From Eledone cirrhosa (taxonomy: Eukaryota): 64,000 nucleotides of DNA. Within the stretch, counting starts at the first letter, position 1. Each line of letters starts with the position of its first letter. The DNA is taken from NCBI GenBank assembly GCA_964016885.1, contig OZ024745.1, positions 41,602,001 to 41,666,000 of the forward strand, written 5' to 3'. The notes below the pieces were generated by a model. The model saw only the letters and a program-made list of their open reading frames with translations. It did no database searches and was not told the origin of the DNA. The translations under genes and the position numbers were made by a program. Of the stretch, positions 62,083 to 64,000 are shown piece after piece.

Positions 62083-63116
62083 TTGTAGAGTAGTACATTG
62101 TAGTTGTATTTTCACTTATGCAACATTAGGCAACACAAGTCGAAAATGTTTGCGGTAGTCCGATACACTCAATGATGTAATCTATCTATATATACTTATG
62201 GTGACGTTTTTTTACACAAACACATAATTACTCTTTAGAAATTTACTAAGTTTACTTTATCAAACTTACAGAAGTTTACAAGGTGTTGTTATCATTGTTA
62301 CCTGAAGTAGCAAAATATAATCATATCGTTATCAACATTACTTAGCTTGTTTACTTCACCACCTGTCCTGTTACCTATAACTTCATTCTATTTTATTTTA
62401 GAAATCCAAACTAACTGCAACTCTAAAATTGAAATACTTTTTTCATCTCTGAAATAAAATAAATGAATTTACATTTGCATGAGGACTTAGAGATGTACAT
62501 ATGTAACTTTTGTTCATATGGCATGGCGGGTTAAATTTCAAAATTTCAAGAGAGACACTGTACTATATTTTTGTCTTATTTATCATAATTACTGCAGGAA
62601 AATATCACCAGTCATGACAATGTCCTATCGATTTCAATTGCTTTTGATTATCGTTAAACAGTGCACCTTTTCCTCGACATAACTCTTATCCCTACCAATC
62701 TTGTTTATTTTTCCTCTATGTTGATCTTTAAAGTCATACTACAGTATATCTCATCCCCAAGGAAAGCAGCATCTCAAGCCTTACAAACTGTTGATTATCA
62801 CTCACTTTTAATTTCTCAAAAGTAATGAAAACAGTTAAGACCTTCAGTACTTCTCCTGTCTCAGCAGTCACCAGCTCCCAATAGAACCAAATCCACTAGG
62901 AATTTATTCTCTTATGTCACTCATCAATGGTCTCTTGCCATTGGGAAGTTCAGCCAGAGCCATGATGTTACACTTGATATCTGCAAATCTTTTGACAAGG
63001 TTTGTCCTCCAAATCTGGTTATACTACCCACCTGTATGTTTTGTCGAAGTCTCATCTGTAGCACCAGAAGCTTCTTGTCAAAGAGCACAATTACACTATG
63101 TACTAATGGAGTTCAT

Positions 63117-63290
63117 TATCGGTAGAGAGTCAGACGCCATGCTTTGCAGCAAAGAGTTACGTCCCTTTATGATCTGAGTTCAAATCCCGCCGAAGTTAAC
63201 TTTGCCTTTCATCCTTACGGGGTCGATAAAATAAAGTATCAGTAATGTACTGGGTAATTGCTGGCCTTGTGCCTAAAATAGAAACAATTA
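63117..63290 (+). mobile_element. tRNA/Nin-type SINE
   Basis: Same family as 5331-5517 and 17841-18020. Confidence 0.85.
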
Positions 63291-64000
63291 TAACCTACAC
63301 TAAATTTATTGTGTGCAGCAGGCATAGCTGTGAAATTGAGAAATTCATATCACATTTTAGGTTTTATCCTACATGGCACATTGTGCAAGTATTTTCAACA
63401 TACCCTAAAAACTAGTGAGTGATACTTAGGAGATGGAAATTGGCTGGTAGTTTGTCAGAGGGACTATTCTCGTGTGGTCAGTAGTGGAATATATTGACTT
63501 ACTCTGTGAAAAAAATAAAATCTAACTTGGTGTGACAAATTGAGAGGACTCCTTAGTTTTGTCAAAGGCATGACACCCTCTCTAGTGCTGGTGCCAGGAT
63601 AAAAGTTGTTCGAGTTACAAAGGCTTTGCAATTGTAGAAACCCTACCAAAATTTAAAATGTGTGAGGATGTGGTTCTCCGACCTGTCTAGGAGAGCAGTA
63701 ACTCCAAATACGAGCTCTTTCAAACTGCAATAACCTGTCCAACCCATGCCAGCATGGAAAGCAGATATAGAATGATAATGATGAACTCTTCATCAAAGAG
63801 TGAAGGGATCTACTAAAAGCATAAGGCTTTACCTTAAACTCATGGTGAACTTATTTATTTATTAGTTGTTTTTTTACTCTGCTTTTGTTTTCATTGTTTT
63901 TATGTTTGTTTATTTTTAGTTGTGATCAAAAATGAATTCCAGTGTGACTGCCCTGTGTGAGCAGCTGGTGTCTGTGGGCTATATACAACAAGGGACTCAA

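Overview
AT-rich eukaryotic DNA made almost entirely of repeats. The mix of Nin-domain/tRNA SINEs, Dong/R4, RTE and Penelope elements and very long (TA)n arrays suggests a cephalopod (octopus-like) genome; that assignment is an inference. Main contents: (1) one apparently intact, very young CsRn1/Kabuki-type Gypsy LTR element with identical 264-bp LTRs and a -1 frameshift signal; (2) a slightly decayed Mag-type Gypsy element flanked by an unusual ~395-bp duplication instead of a short TSD; (3) several Penelope-like element (PLE) remnants, Dong/R4 and RTE LINE remnants, a mariner remnant, hAT MITEs, a solo LTR and many SINEs; (4) a recurring set of short TA-microsatellite-embedded foldback or tandem elements, many carrying type-I hammerhead ribozyme motifs (7 sequence-distinct motifs, 9 copies read by eye), often with long stem-II insertions; (5) one candidate host gene, a two-exon, TATA-driven small secreted peptide (6843-7010 plus 17239-17310). 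Most ORFs in the supplied track are microsatellite artefacts. All calls were made by eye with no database searches.
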